Numbered from the stretch's first letter, positions 18,692 through 29,710 are shown. The stretch is 64,000 nt of DNA from Spirochaetia bacterium (GCA_963677595.1 OY782041.1:672001-736000); one strand, 5' to 3'. Notes: generated from the letters alone by a model not told the origin. A program made the numbers and translations.

Positions 18692-20492
18692 GTTCCCTCC
18701 TCCCGAGCATGACCATCAGCACGGCAATATCGGAGTTTCGCACCCCGGAGATCCTGCTTGCCTGCCCGACGGACAGGGGTCGGACCTTCCGGAACTTCTC
18801 CTTCGATTCGTTCGAGATCCCCTCGAGGGCATCATAGTCGAAGTCCTCGGGTATCCTCATATGCTCCATCCTCTCGAACCGCCGGACCTGCTGCTCCTGG
18901 CGCTTGATGTACCCCTCATACTTGACATCGAGCTCAGCCTGGTCCACGAAGGCCGGATCATACCCCTGGAGTTCTGGGATCGCCACACGAGCCTGATCGA
19001 TGGTCACTTCAGGGCGCTTGAGGTACTGGTACCAGCTCTTCCCCTCATGCTTGCGCTGCCGCAGGAGCTCGGTGATCTCCTCGATCCCTTCGAGCTTCCG
19101 TTTCAGCCGGTCAAGCGCCTCGTCTCCCTGCAGGCCGATCTCATACCCCTTGCGCATCAGCCGCTGGTCTGCGGCATCATGCCTGAGGTTCAGCCGGTAC
19201 TCGGCACGGGAGGTGAACATGCGGTAGGGTTCGTTCGTCCCCTTGGTGACCAGGTCGTCTATCAGCACCCCGATGTACGCCTCGGACCGGGAGAGGATCA
19301 TCGGATCTTTCCCCTGCAGGTTCTGAGCAGCATTGATCGCAGCCATGAGGCCTTGTCCTGCAGCCTCCTCATACCCGCTGGTCCCGTTGGTCTGTCCCGC
19401 GACATAGAGCCCCCTGAACCGCTTGCACTCGAGGCTGGGATAGAGCTGGGTCGGGTCGATGAAGTCATACTCCACCGCATAGCCGGTTCGCATGACCTGC
19501 GCCGACTCGAGCCCCGCGATCGAGTGGATGAAATCTTCCTGGACCTCTTCCGGCAGGGAGGAGGAGATCCCGTTGAGGTACATCTCCTCGGTGCCGACCC
19601 CCTCGGGCTCGACGAAGATCTGGTGACGGTCCCGGTCCGGAAACCGTACCACCTTGTCCTCGAGTGACGGGCAGTAGCGGGGGCCCAGGCCCACGATCTT
19701 CCCGCCGTAGAGCGGGGAACGGTGCATGTTCTCCCGTATGATCTCATGGGTCCTCTCATTGGTGAAGGTGATCCAGCAGGAGAGGGACGGCCGCTCGATG
19801 GCATCCCGCGAGAACGAGAAGGGCTGCATCACCGGATCCCCCGGCTGCAGTTCCATCCTGTCGAAGTCGAGGGAGGAGCGCTTCACCCGTGCCGGGGTCC
19901 CGGTCTTCATCCTCCCGAGGGTCAGGCCCATCCTCCGAAGGGAGGTCCCCAGCCCGATAGCGGCAGGTTCCCCCAGCCGTCCCGATGAGGCGACATACTC
20001 CCCTATGAAGATCTTCCCCTCCATGAAGGTCCCGGTCGTCAGGACCACGACCTTTGCACGGAATCGTCGGCCTCGCTCGGTGACCACCCCGGTCACCCTT
20101 GTCCCGGAACCATCGAGGATCAGGTCTACCACGGTATCCTGGAAGAGGGAGAGCCCCTTCTGCTGCTCGAGGGTCTCCTTTGCGAGACGGTTATAGCTGA
20201 ACTTGTCTGCCTGTGCCCTCGGAGCCTGGACCGCCGGCCCCCGACGCCTGTTGAGGATCCGGAACTGGATCATGGTCTCGTCGATCAGGTTCCCCATCTC
20301 CCCGCCGAGCGCATCGATCTCCCGGACCATATTGCCCTTGGAGAGGCCCCCGACAGCGGGGTTGCAGGAGAGCCGTCCGATCGCATCGAGGCTCTGTGTG
20401 ATCAAGAGGGTCGAGAACTGCAGTCGGGAGAGAGCCAGTGCTGCCTCGATCCCCGCATGTCCCCCGCCTATGACGATTGCATCTACATCCAT
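18684..20492 (-). CDS. mnmG: tRNA uridine-5-carboxymethylaminomethyl modification enzyme MnmG (GidA)
   Basis: VIGGGHAG, SCNPAVGG, GPRYCPSLEDK, GQTNGTSGYEEAA; start set at MDVDAIV. Confidence 0.97.
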   Translation of the reverse strand: MDVDAIVIGGGHAGIEAALALSRLQFSTLLITQSLDAIGRLSCNPAVGGLSKGNMVREIDALGGEMGNLIDETMIQFRILNRRRGPAVQAPRAQADKFSYNRLAKETLEQQKGLSLFQDTVVDLILDGSGTRVTGVVTERGRRFRAKVVVLTTGTFMEGKIFIGEYVASSGRLGEPAAIGLGTSLRRMGLTLGRMKTGTPARVKRSSLDFDRMELQPGDPVMQPFSFSRDAIERPSLSCWITFTNERTHEIIRENMHRSPLYGGKIVGLGPRYCPSLEDKVVRFPDRDRHQIFVEPEGVGTEEMYLNGISSSLPEEVQEDFIHSIAGLESAQVMRTGYAVEYDFIDPTQLYPSLECKRFRGLYVAGQTNGTSGYEEAAGQGLMAAINAAQNLQGKDPMILSRSEAYIGVLIDDLVTKGTNEPYRMFTSRAEYRLNLRHDAADQRLMRKGYEIGLQGDEALDRLKRKLEGIEEITELLRQRKHEGKSWYQYLKRPEVTIDQARVAIPELQGYDPAFVDQAELDVKYEGYIKRQEQQVRRFERMEHMRIPEDFDYDALEGISNESKEKFRKVRPLSVGQASRISGVRNSDIAVLMVMLGRRERG

Positions 20493-20505
20493 GGTATTCC
20501 CCTCA

Positions 20506-21858
20506 TCATTTCCCGACGCAGAAGCCCGAGAAGATCGTGTCGAGGATATCGGAGGTGGTGACCTCCCCGGTGATCTCACCGAGGGCATCCATGCACTCCT
20601 GGATATCCGGGGCTATGACGTCGAGCGGCATCCCGTCAGCGACTGCCGTAGCGGCACTCCCCAGTGACTCGCAGGCCCTGTCGAGCAGTTCCTTCTGCCT
20701 GAGTGAATCGATCATGATCCCATGTTCGGCAAGGGTGTCGAAACTCTCGATCCTGAGCCGGGATATGATCTGCTCCTCAATGGAAGCGAAGCCTTCACCA
20801 GTCAGGGAACAGAGCCGCAAGGCTCCGTCAGGGCAGAGGTCCCCCCTGATATCCGACTTGTTCCAGACGAAGATGTACTCGGGGTGATCAGCCATGAGGG
20901 ATGAGACATCCTCGTCCTCCCCGATGAGGTAGACCACCAGGTCAGACTCCTCGAGGATCCGGACGCTCCTCCTGATCCCCTCCTCCTCGATGGAATCCGT
21001 CGACTCCCGGAACCCTGCCGTGTCAAAGAGCCGTACCGGGACTCCCCGGACTGAAATCCAAGACTCGATGTAATCCCTCGTGGTGCCGTGGATATCGGAA
21101 ACGATGGAGCGGTCCTCCTTGAGGAAGAGGTTGAACAGCGAGGACTTCCCCGCATTGGTAGGTCCTGCAAGGGTGACCCGCACCCCTTCGGAGAAGATCC
21201 TGCCAGTCCGGTAGGTCGCACTCAGCGCCTCGAGGGCCTCCTTCATCCTTCCCATCGCTTCCGTGTCGATCTCCTCATCAAGCACGACCTCGTCCTCGGC
21301 ATAGTCGAGCTGCAGTTCGATCCTGCCCAGGATCGTGAGCAGCTCCTGCTTCACCGAGTCGATCTGCCTGAAGAGCCCCCCCGAGAGACGATGCAGGGCG
21401 AGGCTGTGGGCTTGGGATGACTTGGCTGAGACGATCTCCTGCACCGCCTCGGCCTGCGTGAGGTCGAGTTTCCCGTGCATGAACGCCCGCAGGGTGAACT
21501 CGCCGGGGCGGGCATCCCTGAACCCCGAGGCTTTGAGCGCCTCAAGGATCTTGCGGATGCTCACCAGGGAGCCGTGGCAGAAGATCTCGAGGGAATCCTG
21601 CCCGGTATAGCCGTGCGGGGCACGATAGAGGGCGGCAGTGACCTCATCGATCTCGGACCCATCTGCCGGGTCGATGAACCTCATATAGTGTATGGTATGG
21701 GATCTCCCGCCCAGCAGGACCTCAGGATGAGAGAAACAGGGGGCGGTAAGCTCGATCGCCCCTTTGCCGGAGACCCGGATCACGGCAAGGGCACTCTCCC
21801 CCCAGGGAGTAGCCAGTGCCGCTATGGGATCATCTGTATCATAATAAGCATATTTCAT
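20506..21858 (-). CDS. mnmE: tRNA modification GTPase MnmE (TrmE)
   Basis: IAALATP, GEFTLRAF, GPTNAGKSS, GTTRD, DTAG, NKSD, C-terminal FCVGK. Confidence 0.97.
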   Translation of the reverse strand: MKYAYYDTDDPIAALATPWGESALAVIRVSGKGAIELTAPCFSHPEVLLGGRSHTIHYMRFIDPADGSEIDEVTAALYRAPHGYTGQDSLEIFCHGSLVSIRKILEALKASGFRDARPGEFTLRAFMHGKLDLTQAEAVQEIVSAKSSQAHSLALHRLSGGLFRQIDSVKQELLTILGRIELQLDYAEDEVVLDEEIDTEAMGRMKEALEALSATYRTGRIFSEGVRVTLAGPTNAGKSSLFNLFLKEDRSIVSDIHGTTRDYIESWISVRGVPVRLFDTAGFRESTDSIEEEGIRRSVRILEESDLVVYLIGEDEDVSSLMADHPEYIFVWNKSDIRGDLCPDGALRLCSLTGEGFASIEEQIISRLRIESFDTLAEHGIMIDSLRQKELLDRACESLGSAATAVADGMPLDVIAPDIQECMDALGEITGEVTTSDILDTIFSGFCVGK

Positions 21859-21865
21859 CATCGCG

Positions 21866-21894
21866 ATTATATTCCACAAGGCCTGATCCTTCAA
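21866..21894 (-). promoter_or_regulatory. Promoter of mnmE-mnmG-rsmG (TTGAAG-N17-TATAAT), 7 nt from ATG
   Basis: Direct sequence match; no SD. Confidence 0.65.
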
Positions 21895-21987
21895 TAGTAT
21901 GCGGTTACCCAACCTCCACAAAGAGGTGAATTGACTCTCCTCCATATACTCTAGTAGTATGAAGGCAATTCACCAGAGGAGCAGGAG

Positions 21988-22836
21988 ATGAGAGACCTTA
22001 CAGTCATCATGGAGCAAGTCAAACAGCAGATCCCCCAGGTCGGGGAGTATCAGCTATCGTTCTTCCGCAAACCGGATGCGCTGCAGGGCTATGAGAAACT
22101 GCCCCGGGAAGTCGTCACCGACATCGATATCGCCAGTGAGAAGATGATCCACCGGATCCTCCTAAACATCCTGCCTGAGGCGGGTTTTTTCGGGGAGGAG
22201 ACTGCCCGACAGCTCAGTGATGAGTACACCTGGGTCGTCGACCCGATCGACGGGACGCTCAACTTCCTCAACGGTATCTCTGAATGGTGCATCTCGATCG
22301 GCCTCCTCTACCAGGGAAGCCCCGTGCTCGGCCTCATCTACCGGCCGGTATCGGGGGAGAGCTTCCATGCGGTCAAGGGAGGCGGTGCATGGCTCGGTGA
22401 GACGAGGCTCCCCGTCTACGGCTATACATCAGGCCTGCAGGAGGCCTTCCTCGCGACCGGCATGCCCTTCCGCTCTCCAGATGTCTCACACGGGTTCTTC
22501 ACGACAGCGGAAGCTCTCCTGCCGAAGTGCCGGGAGATCAGGCGGCTGGGTTCTGCAGCCCTGGACTTGGTCTACTGCGCAGCGGGGTTCTTCCAGGGAT
22601 ACTGGGAGACAGACCTCATGGCCTATGACGTCTGTGCGGCGATCGCCATCCTCCAGGAGACCGACCTGGTCATCCAGGACTTCTTCGGCAACCCCTACGA
22701 CCTCTTCTCAAGCAGGTCGCTGCTCGTCGCCCGCCGGGAGATCATCGATGGGTTCGCACAGATCGTACGGACAGGCTATAGCCCCTACATGGGGATCCTG
22801 CTGGAAGGGTTCGACCAGACCGGGGGAAAGGGATGA
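21988..22836 (+). CDS. Inositol monophosphatase family protein (SuhB-like)
   Basis: [33 protein letters not shown]. Confidence 0.92.
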   Translation: MRDLTVIMEQVKQQIPQVGEYQLSFFRKPDALQGYEKLPREVVTDIDIASEKMIHRILLNILPEAGFFGEETARQLSDEYTWVVDPIDGTLNFLNGISEWCISIGLLYQGSPVLGLIYRPVSGESFHAVKGGGAWLGETRLPVYGYTSGLQEAFLATGMPFRSPDVSHGFFTTAEALLPKCREIRRLGSAALDLVYCAAGFFQGYWETDLMAYDVCAAIAILQETDLVIQDFFGNPYDLFSSRSLLVARREIIDGFAQIVRTGYSPYMGILLEGFDQTGGKG

Positions 22837-23678
22837 AATATATCGGGGCGCATGTCAGCGCTGCCGGTGGACTGTTCAATGCCCCTGAGCATGCACACCG
22901 GATCGGGGCGACTGCCTTCGCCCTCTTCACCAAGAACCAGCGCCAATGGAATGCAAAACCGCTCACGGGTGAGGAGATTGCCAGGTTCAAGGAGGCGATG
23001 GATCACTACGGGTACTCACCGGAGCAGGTCCTTCCCCATGACAGCTACCTGATCAACCTCGGGAACCCTGACCATGAGAAGCGGAAGAAGTCCCTTGATG
23101 CCTTCATCCATGAACTTGAGCGTGTCTCGGCCCTGGGCCTGGACCGGCTCAACTTCCACCCTGGTGCGCACCTGAAGGAGATCGAACCGGATGCCTGCCT
23201 GACCCTCATCGCGGAGGGGGTCGATGAGGCGCTCTCTCGGGTCCCGGGGGTCTCGGCCGTCATCGAGACCACGGCAGGCCAGGGTTCGGCCCTCGGGAGG
23301 AGGTTCGAGGAGATCGCGGCGATCATCGACCGGGTATCTGCGAAGGATCGCGTCGGCATCTGTATCGACACCTGCCACATCTTTGCCGCCGGGTATGACA
23401 TCAGGACACGGGAAACCTATGAACGCAGCATGGAGAGCTTCTCCTCGATCATCGGGTTCGAGAAGCTGATGGGAGTCCACCTCAACGATGCGAAGAGCAG
23501 CTTCGCAAGCCGTGTCGACCGGCACCACAGCCTCGGCAAGGGGACTATAGGGCTGGACAGCTTCTCCTTCATCATGAAGGATGAACGGTTCGACGGGGTC
23601 CCCATCATCCTGGAGACCATCGACCAGGAATTATGGGCTGAGGAGATCAGGCTCCTGCACAGCCTCATGGAGTCATGA
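22833..23678 (+). CDS. nfo: Endonuclease IV (AP endonuclease)
   Basis: [44 protein letters not shown]. Confidence 0.96.
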   Translation: MKYIGAHVSAAGGLFNAPEHAHRIGATAFALFTKNQRQWNAKPLTGEEIARFKEAMDHYGYSPEQVLPHDSYLINLGNPDHEKRKKSLDAFIHELERVSALGLDRLNFHPGAHLKEIEPDACLTLIAEGVDEALSRVPGVSAVIETTAGQGSALGRRFEEIAAIIDRVSAKDRVGICIDTCHIFAAGYDIRTRETYERSMESFSSIIGFEKLMGVHLNDAKSSFASRVDRHHSLGKGTIGLDSFSFIMKDERFDGVPIILETIDQELWAEEIRLLHSLMES

Positions 23679-23679
23679 G

Positions 23680-24459
23680 ATGAGAGATGTTTCACTGTTC
23701 AGCGGCCGTGACACCCCGGTCGTCTTCGGCCATCGCGGGTATTCAGCAAAGGCACCGGAGAATACCATGGAGGCATTCGCACTCTGTGCTGAGCAGGGAG
23801 TATCGGGCATCGAACTCGACATCCACCTCTGCTCCACCGGAGAGCTGGTCGTGACCCATGACTTCAACGTGAGGCGGGTCACCGGCTTCGACGGGATCGT
23901 GGAACAGATGGGGTACCGGGAGATCAGGACCCTCGATGCGGGTTCACACAAGGGCCCCTCCCATGCAGGGGCATACATCCCGCTGCTGGAAGAGCTCTTC
24001 ACGAGGTTCGGGGACACCTTCGTCTATGACATCGAGCTGAAGCAGGAATCCTGGCAGGATACCGGGCTTGCATCTGCCCTGTGGGAACTGATGAGGAGGC
24101 ACTCCATCGAAGGGTCCTGCATGGTCTCCTCCTTCAACCCCTTCGCAGTCAGGTCCTTCAGGAAGGCCTCAGGGGGCAGCATCCCCACGGCAGTGATCTA
24201 CTGCGTCTCAGACGATGTCCCGAAGATCCTCCATCATGGGAAGGGGCGACTCATCGCAGGCTGCGATATGCTCAAGCCGCATTATCCCCAGATCACTGAT
24301 GACCTATTCGCTCGGGACCATGATCGAAAGGGGTATCCTCTCGTGACCTGGACGGTGGATGATGAGGAAGAGATCAGGCGGCTCACCCGCCTTGGCGTGG
24401 AGGGGATCATCTCGAACGATCCCGGGAAGACCCTCGCGATAACGTCAGCCTGCCGCTGA
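23680..24459 (+). CDS. Glycerophosphodiester phosphodiesterase
   Basis: GHRG, PENT, IELDIH, VTHD, DIELK, WTVDD, GIISND. Confidence 0.92.
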   Translation: MRDVSLFSGRDTPVVFGHRGYSAKAPENTMEAFALCAEQGVSGIELDIHLCSTGELVVTHDFNVRRVTGFDGIVEQMGYREIRTLDAGSHKGPSHAGAYIPLLEELFTRFGDTFVYDIELKQESWQDTGLASALWELMRRHSIEGSCMVSSFNPFAVRSFRKASGGSIPTAVIYCVSDDVPKILHHGKGRLIAGCDMLKPHYPQITDDLFARDHDRKGYPLVTWTVDDEEEIRRLTRLGVEGIISNDPGKTLAITSACR

Positions 24460-24464
24460 ACAGC

Positions 24465-25892
24465 CTATAGCAGCTGCCCTATGATCAGGGAGGCTGTAAC
24501 CTGCCCGAACCGCTGGAAGGCCGCGGTCTTCGCATCGACTGCGGTCGCCCCGACCGCATTGGCAGCGACGGTACCCGTCTCCGCGAAGACCGAACCGTCT
24601 GAGAGGGAGTAGATCCTGGCCGATCCCTTGACTGAGACCACCTGTGACCCTCCCGACTCGACGATGGAACTGACTCCGGCAGAACCGATCACCACGATGG
24701 ACCGCGAATCCTTATAGGTCGTCCTCGCATAGGCGAGGATCTTCTGTTCATCCTCCATATCCTTCGAGGGCTCTATCCTGTTGACGAAGATCCCGTCCGC
24801 CTTCAGGGATGAGATCAGGGAATCCATCGTCACAGTCGAGCTGGAGAGCGACCCGTTCTTCTCATAGTCGAGGAAGGAGACCACGATCACGGAACCGGCG
24901 ACAGCCGATGTGATGGAGAACTCGAAGTCGAGCCCCTTCTCCGCGATAATGGACCGGATCCTCAAGAGAAACTCATCATTGACCCCTGCAGCCTCCTCGA
25001 TGAGGAGGAGTTCCTCCTCCAGGTCGAAATAGGCGCTCAGGACCCCAGCCCCCCGGAATCCCGTATGGCTCGGTGCGATCGCTGCGGTCCCCTTGTTGCC
25101 GGTGGTCACCACCATCGTCTGCTGCCTGACCTTCCCGGCAGCATTCTTGATCGGGAATACCACCTTGATCGGCAGGCCTGAGATCTTCGGTGCGAAGATA
25201 CCCGATCCCCGGGTGACCTGGACCGTGTAGGAACCCTTGGAGGGATCTGAAGCTACATTGGTGAGGTTCAATCCCTCAAGGACGGAGATCGCAGACCTCA
25301 TCAGCCCCTCATACCGCACCTTCGACTCAGCCAGGGGGGACGTATAGGCATAGAGGGCTGCCTCAAGGTACTTCTGGAATGCCAGGTAATCGTTCTGGCC
25401 CCGATATGCGGCCTTTGCCTCGTTCTCAGGTTCGTTTATCTTGTCCTCATCGGCCTTGATCGTATCAAGGTTGTCCCGTACGAGTTTGCTGATCGTCTTC
25501 CGGTTAGCCTCCGCAAGGAGGTTGAGTTTCAGGCCGCCCGCATCCTCCCTGACGAACTCCTCCGTGACGGAGAGTCCCAGGTCAGCGATCGCCCCGGTCT
25601 GCAGCAGCTCACGGGCATACTGCTCCGGTGTGCTGTACCCCAGGAACTCCGAGATATCGAGGAGCAGCTCCTCAAAGGCGAACTGCCGTGCCGTCATCTC
25701 GAACCCGTCAGGATCCACTCCCTCTGACACGAAGTAGACCTTGGTCAGGGAGTTCGCCGGTTTCTCGATGACCCATACCGGGACATCCTGTACCCAGGCC
25801 TGCAGGGTCGAGCAGCCGGTAAGGGAGACAAGGATGAGGAGCAGCACCACCACTGCCGCTGCAGCCATGCTGCGTTCAAGGTATCGTTTCAT
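24465..25892 (-). CDS. Lipoprotein with LPP20-like N-terminal domain
   Basis: Lipobox SLTG-C; VPVWV...YFVSEG...ARQFAFEEL pattern; AAGGAGG SD. Confidence 0.65.
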   Translation of the reverse strand: MKRYLERSMAAAAVVVLLLILVSLTGCSTLQAWVQDVPVWVIEKPANSLTKVYFVSEGVDPDGFEMTARQFAFEELLLDISEFLGYSTPEQYARELLQTGAIADLGLSVTEEFVREDAGGLKLNLLAEANRKTISKLVRDNLDTIKADEDKINEPENEAKAAYRGQNDYLAFQKYLEAALYAYTSPLAESKVRYEGLMRSAISVLEGLNLTNVASDPSKGSYTVQVTRGSGIFAPKISGLPIKVVFPIKNAAGKVRQQTMVVTTGNKGTAAIAPSHTGFRGAGVLSAYFDLEEELLLIEEAAGVNDEFLLRIRSIIAEKGLDFEFSITSAVAGSVIVVSFLDYEKNGSLSSSTVTMDSLISSLKADGIFVNRIEPSKDMEDEQKILAYARTTYKDSRSIVVIGSAGVSSIVESGGSQVVSVKGSARIYSLSDGSVFAETGTVAANAVGATAVDAKTAAFQRFGQVTASLIIGQLL

Positions 25893-25909
25893 CTGCATCC
25901 TCCTTTTCG

Positions 25910-27223
25910 TCACATCCCGGTATTGAATGTCAGGGAGTTCCCCCTCTGGTAGGTCAGGTAGATCCCGTCAAGCTCCGGGAAGAACTCCGCAGTCTCATAG
26001 ACCAGGTCCGCGAGGTCATCGACCGTACCGTCGAAGACGATGGTGTAGCGGGACTCCTCGACAGAGAAGGAGGTCCTCACCAGGGACCCTACCTGTTCTG
26101 CGAGAAGCTTCTGGAACGACCTGATCATCTTGTCGTCATAGGTCTTCATCATGATAAGCTCATACGGCGTACCGCGCCCGGCATCATCGGTGAAGTATCG
26201 TGAAGCGGTATTCATGATCTCCAGCATCCCCCGGGAGACCTCTTTCGCCACAGCCCCGTCAACCGCCGCGGTACGGGTATTCCCCTGGACGGGGTCCTCT
26301 GTCTGGATGAAGACGCTGCCTCGGCCTTCAGCGGTCGATGCCTCGAAGCAGCTCAGGGAGACTGAGGCTTCCGCATAATAGGAGCCGCCCCGCTCATAGG
26401 AGGAGGTGCTGACAGCCACGTCGATGTAATAATCGGCATGGAGGCGGGAGGCGATCCACCTGAGCATCGATGAACTACCCGTCTCCTCGGCGAACGCATA
26501 CTCCTGGTCCTGCTTGATGGACTCGATCTGGCTGAGATCGATATAGGTGAAATCGATGGAGGAGAGGTACCGGTTCGCCGTCAGGACCGCTGTCCTTGAG
26601 GTGAAGGGGTCGGAGACCTGCTTCTCATCATAGTAGACGAGGAAGGTCGGCTTGATCCCGTCGCTCCAGTCGATTATGGAATCCTCGAGCACATCATCCA
26701 GGGATGCGGCATCCTCATACTCTATGGGGTCCTGGTTCGGCAGTCTCAACGATATGGAATCCTGGATCAGGCCGCCGTAGATACCCTGCTTCCTGAGCAG
26801 CTCGGAGAGCTTGCCCAGCTGCAGCCGGACCGAGACGAGGGCCGTATAGGTCCCCCGGTCATAATCCCAGTCAAGCAACTGCTGGGATGAGGAGAGTCGG
26901 TACGCATCAAGTCCCGTGATTCCCTTGAGGATGCGGGAGACCTGGTCCTTGTACACCAGGCCGCTCTCCTGAAGAGCAATGACTGCCGCCCGCTGCAGGG
27001 CATCCCGCACTGCGTCGTCAGCAGCTTTTTCCTCGGTGCTGCCGGTACCGATCCCGTAGAAGAGCGGCATGGCCACCCCATCGGGAACTACCTGTTCCTC
27101 TTCGGCATCACCATCGGTCTGAAGGTCGTACCGCGGACCCCGGTAGACTGATGACACACAGCCGGACAGGCTGATCACAAGCATAATGAGGATCAGCACC
27201 CCGGCTAACTTCTTCATATTCAT
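25910..27223 (-). CDS. Lipoprotein, FlgT/LPP20-like N-domain plus CsgG/TolB_N-like middle domain (uncharacterised)
   Basis: Lipobox SLSG-C; GTGSTEEKAADDAVRDALQRAA; ADYYIDV...ASVSLSCFEASTA; fold call by eye. Confidence 0.6.
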   Translation of the reverse strand: MNMKKLAGVLILIMLVISLSGCVSSVYRGPRYDLQTDGDAEEEQVVPDGVAMPLFYGIGTGSTEEKAADDAVRDALQRAAVIALQESGLVYKDQVSRILKGITGLDAYRLSSSQQLLDWDYDRGTYTALVSVRLQLGKLSELLRKQGIYGGLIQDSISLRLPNQDPIEYEDAASLDDVLEDSIIDWSDGIKPTFLVYYDEKQVSDPFTSRTAVLTANRYLSSIDFTYIDLSQIESIKQDQEYAFAEETGSSSMLRWIASRLHADYYIDVAVSTSSYERGGSYYAEASVSLSCFEASTAEGRGSVFIQTEDPVQGNTRTAAVDGAVAKEVSRGMLEIMNTASRYFTDDAGRGTPYELIMMKTYDDKMIRSFQKLLAEQVGSLVRTSFSVEESRYTIVFDGTVDDLADLVYETAEFFPELDGIYLTYQRGNSLTFNTGM

Positions 27224-27292
27224 CGCAAACCTCGTATACATAGTTTTGGAATAATCCATTCTTTGGAAGCACTCTACAGTAGTATACCTGAA

Positions 27293-28459
27293 TCACAGGC
27301 GAAAGGTTACATGGGGAGAGAGGTAGGGAGTCGATTTCAGCAGGGTCGTCCCCCCTGAGAGCCCGAATACCTGCTCATACCCTATATCGAGACCGAACTC
27401 ATGGTCACTCGAACCGTACCTGCCGATCCCGGCATGGTAGGATCCCCCACAGGTCCAGTCCGAGTCAGTCCCGGATGAATCCAGGTAGACCCCGAGGCCG
27501 AGATCCGCCCCGATATCGAAGAAGAGGTTGGACCCTGTCTCGAACCGGGCAAGGAAGCCCTGCGTGATCCCGAGGTGGAAGCCTGAAGCCTCGATCGGCC
27601 AGGGGAGCCCGAACGGCGAGTCTGTCCAGCTGAACCCGACATCAACCCCCGCGGCATACTGCATCAGGCCCTGCGGTCTCCTGATGATCACCTTCCCCGA
27701 GAGCCCGGTATACCCCAGGCTCTGGAGCACGCCCAGCCGGAGGGACAACCCGGCATCCCCCTCCTTGGGGAAGAGTGCCAATCCCGCCTGGATCGGCACA
27801 TTGGTATAGTTGATACTGAATTCGGCAGCCTTCGGGAGGCCCTCCTCCGTCTCATAGAGATCACTGATAGTCAGGGCCCCAAGCTCCCTGCCGCCTGAGG
27901 GGTCCAGGATGAGGAAGGTGTCCCCCCTCTCATACCCCTCCTCCCCGGAGAGTGCTGCCGTGATGTATCCGTTGAAGAGGCTCGAGACCAGCAGGAAACC
28001 ATCGCCGGTGATGAAGCGAGAGATTTCATACCCCACGGAAGTCTCATAGAGTTTGAGGCAGCCCAGCAGGGCAGCATCGGCGGTCCCTCCTGTTCCCAGG
28101 CAGGGGAATGAGATGGAACCGGAACCGAGGGTTCCGGAGACATCCCATCGGATGTCCATCCTGATGACCTCGAGCCTGTTGCTGGAGTCATAGGAGTGTT
28201 CGATCGACTCGATCACCGGCTCCAGGATGATGTCGGCATCCTCGAAGGTGGTGATCGGGTAGAGGTATCGCTCCTTCACTGCCTGTATCGTGACCTGGCT
28301 GAACACATAGGCAAGGTCTACCTCCAGGGAGGGGATCTCATCCTCCTCGATGGTGACATCAGCGATAAAGAGCACCGGGGAGGAGGCGGCAACGAGCCCT
28401 GGAAGAGGTGAGACTATAAGGATCAGGCTCAGTAGAGCCCTTGCTGCCCATCTGTACAT
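27293..28459 (-). CDS. Secreted hypothetical protein, probable C-terminal outer-membrane beta-barrel
   Basis: Signal peptide; alternating Gly/aromatic beta-strands in the C-terminal half ending PHVTFRL. Confidence 0.55.
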   Translation of the reverse strand: MYRWAARALLSLILIVSPLPGLVAASSPVLFIADVTIEEDEIPSLEVDLAYVFSQVTIQAVKERYLYPITTFEDADIILEPVIESIEHSYDSSNRLEVIRMDIRWDVSGTLGSGSISFPCLGTGGTADAALLGCLKLYETSVGYEISRFITGDGFLLVSSLFNGYITAALSGEEGYERGDTFLILDPSGGRELGALTISDLYETEEGLPKAAEFSINYTNVPIQAGLALFPKEGDAGLSLRLGVLQSLGYTGLSGKVIIRRPQGLMQYAAGVDVGFSWTDSPFGLPWPIEASGFHLGITQGFLARFETGSNLFFDIGADLGLGVYLDSSGTDSDWTCGGSYHAGIGRYGSSDHEFGLDIGYEQVFGLSGGTTLLKSTPYLSPHVTFRL

Positions 28460-28462
28460 CGG

Positions 28463-29710
28463 CTACCCTTCCCGGCTCCAGGATCGTATGAGCTCATCGA
28501 TGACCGTGACTGCCGCACTCATCGCCGGGACTGCAGCCCATTCGAGCCGTGAGTGGAAATTGAGCCCGCCGCCGAAGATGTTCGGTGCGGGGATCCCCAT
28601 CTCACTGAGCCGCGAACCGTCAGTCCCTCCCCTGATGGGCTTCATGACCGTCTCGATCCCCAGGGTCTCGAGTGCACCACTCAACTTCTCCATGACGATC
28701 GGGTCCTTCTCGATATACTCCCTCATATTCAGGTACTGCTTGACCGCTTCCATGGTCACGGTCCCTCCCCCGAAGCTCTCCTCGATGACCCGGCAGAGGT
28801 CCTCCAGGAAGGAAACCCTCCTCTTCATGCCGTCTGCATCGAAATCCCGGAGATTCACGATGAGCCTGCAGTGCTCGGCATCGCCCTTGATCTCGTTGGG
28901 GTAGTAGTACCCCTCCCTGCCGTCGGTGGTCTCAGGACTCTCCGACTGCGGGAGCATGCCCATGAACCTGGACGCCATTGTCATCGCATTGATCATCCTG
29001 CCCCGGGCTGCCCCGGGATGGATCATGACGCCGGTGAACTCCAGTTCGACCCGCATGGCATTGAAGCTCTCATACTCGATCTCCCCGAGGCGTCCCCCGT
29101 CCATCGTGTAGCAGCACCGTGCATGGAGCTTCTCCATGGGGAACCCGTCCATCCCGTGGCCGGTCTCCTCGTCAGCGGTGAAGATGAGCTCGATCTCACC
29201 ATGCTCCACCTCGGGATGGCTCATGTAGTAGGAGGCAGCACTCATGATCTCAGCCACACCAGCCTTGTCATCAGCACCGAGCAGGGTGGTCCCGTCGGTC
29301 GTGATCACCGTCTCTCCGACATAGTCGAGCAGGTGGGGGTTCTCGGCCACGGTCAGGACAAGCTCGTCATTGAGCCTGATATCCTTCCCGTCATACTCCC
29401 TGATGAGCTGGGGCTTCACATCCTTACCCGATACATCCGGGGAGGTATCGACATGGGCCATGAACCCGATCGTCGGGGGGACTCTCCCATCCTTCATGGT
29501 CGAGGGGATCCTCGCTATGATGAACCCGTCGGGGGTGATCTCCGTATCTTCGATGCCGAGCCCGGAGAGCTCCTCCATGAGCAGGTTCAGCAGGTCCCAC
29601 TGGCCTGGTGTCGTCGGCTTGGTACCGACATGCTCATCGGAACGGGTATCTATCTTCACATATCGCAGGAATCGCTCTACGACTTCCTGTTCTATCTCAT
29701 CTCTTCTCAT
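28463..29710 (-). CDS. pepT: Peptidase T (M20B tripeptidase)
   Basis: ERFLRYVKIDT, AHVDTS, LGADDKAG, DEETG, IRGGTDG, NFH. Confidence 0.96.
   Translation of the reverse strand: MRRDEIEQEVVERFLRYVKIDTRSDEHVGTKPTTPGQWDLLNLLMEELSGLGIEDTEITPDGFIIARIPSTMKDGRVPPTIGFMAHVDTSPDVSGKDVKPQLIREYDGKDIRLNDELVLTVAENPHLLDYVGETVITTDGTTLLGADDKAGVAEIMSAASYYMSHPEVEHGEIELIFTADEETGHGMDGFPMEKLHARCCYTMDGGRLGEIEYESFNAMRVELEFTGVMIHPGAARGRMINAMTMASRFMGMLPQSESPETTDGREGYYYPNEIKGDAEHCRLIVNLRDFDADGMKRRVSFLEDLCRVIEESFGGGTVTMEAVKQYLNMREYIEKDPIVMEKLSGALETLGIETVMKPIRGGTDGSRLSEMGIPAPNIFGGGLNFHSRLEWAAVPAMSAAVTVIDELIRSWSREG

Noticed and set aside
20493-20588. N-terminal extensions in the ORF track (mnmG, mnmE, GH20, luxR, gntR, hfsB, GDPD)
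   Set aside because: They overlap neighbouring genes or promoters; downstream starts fit family N-termini and SD or promoter positions better
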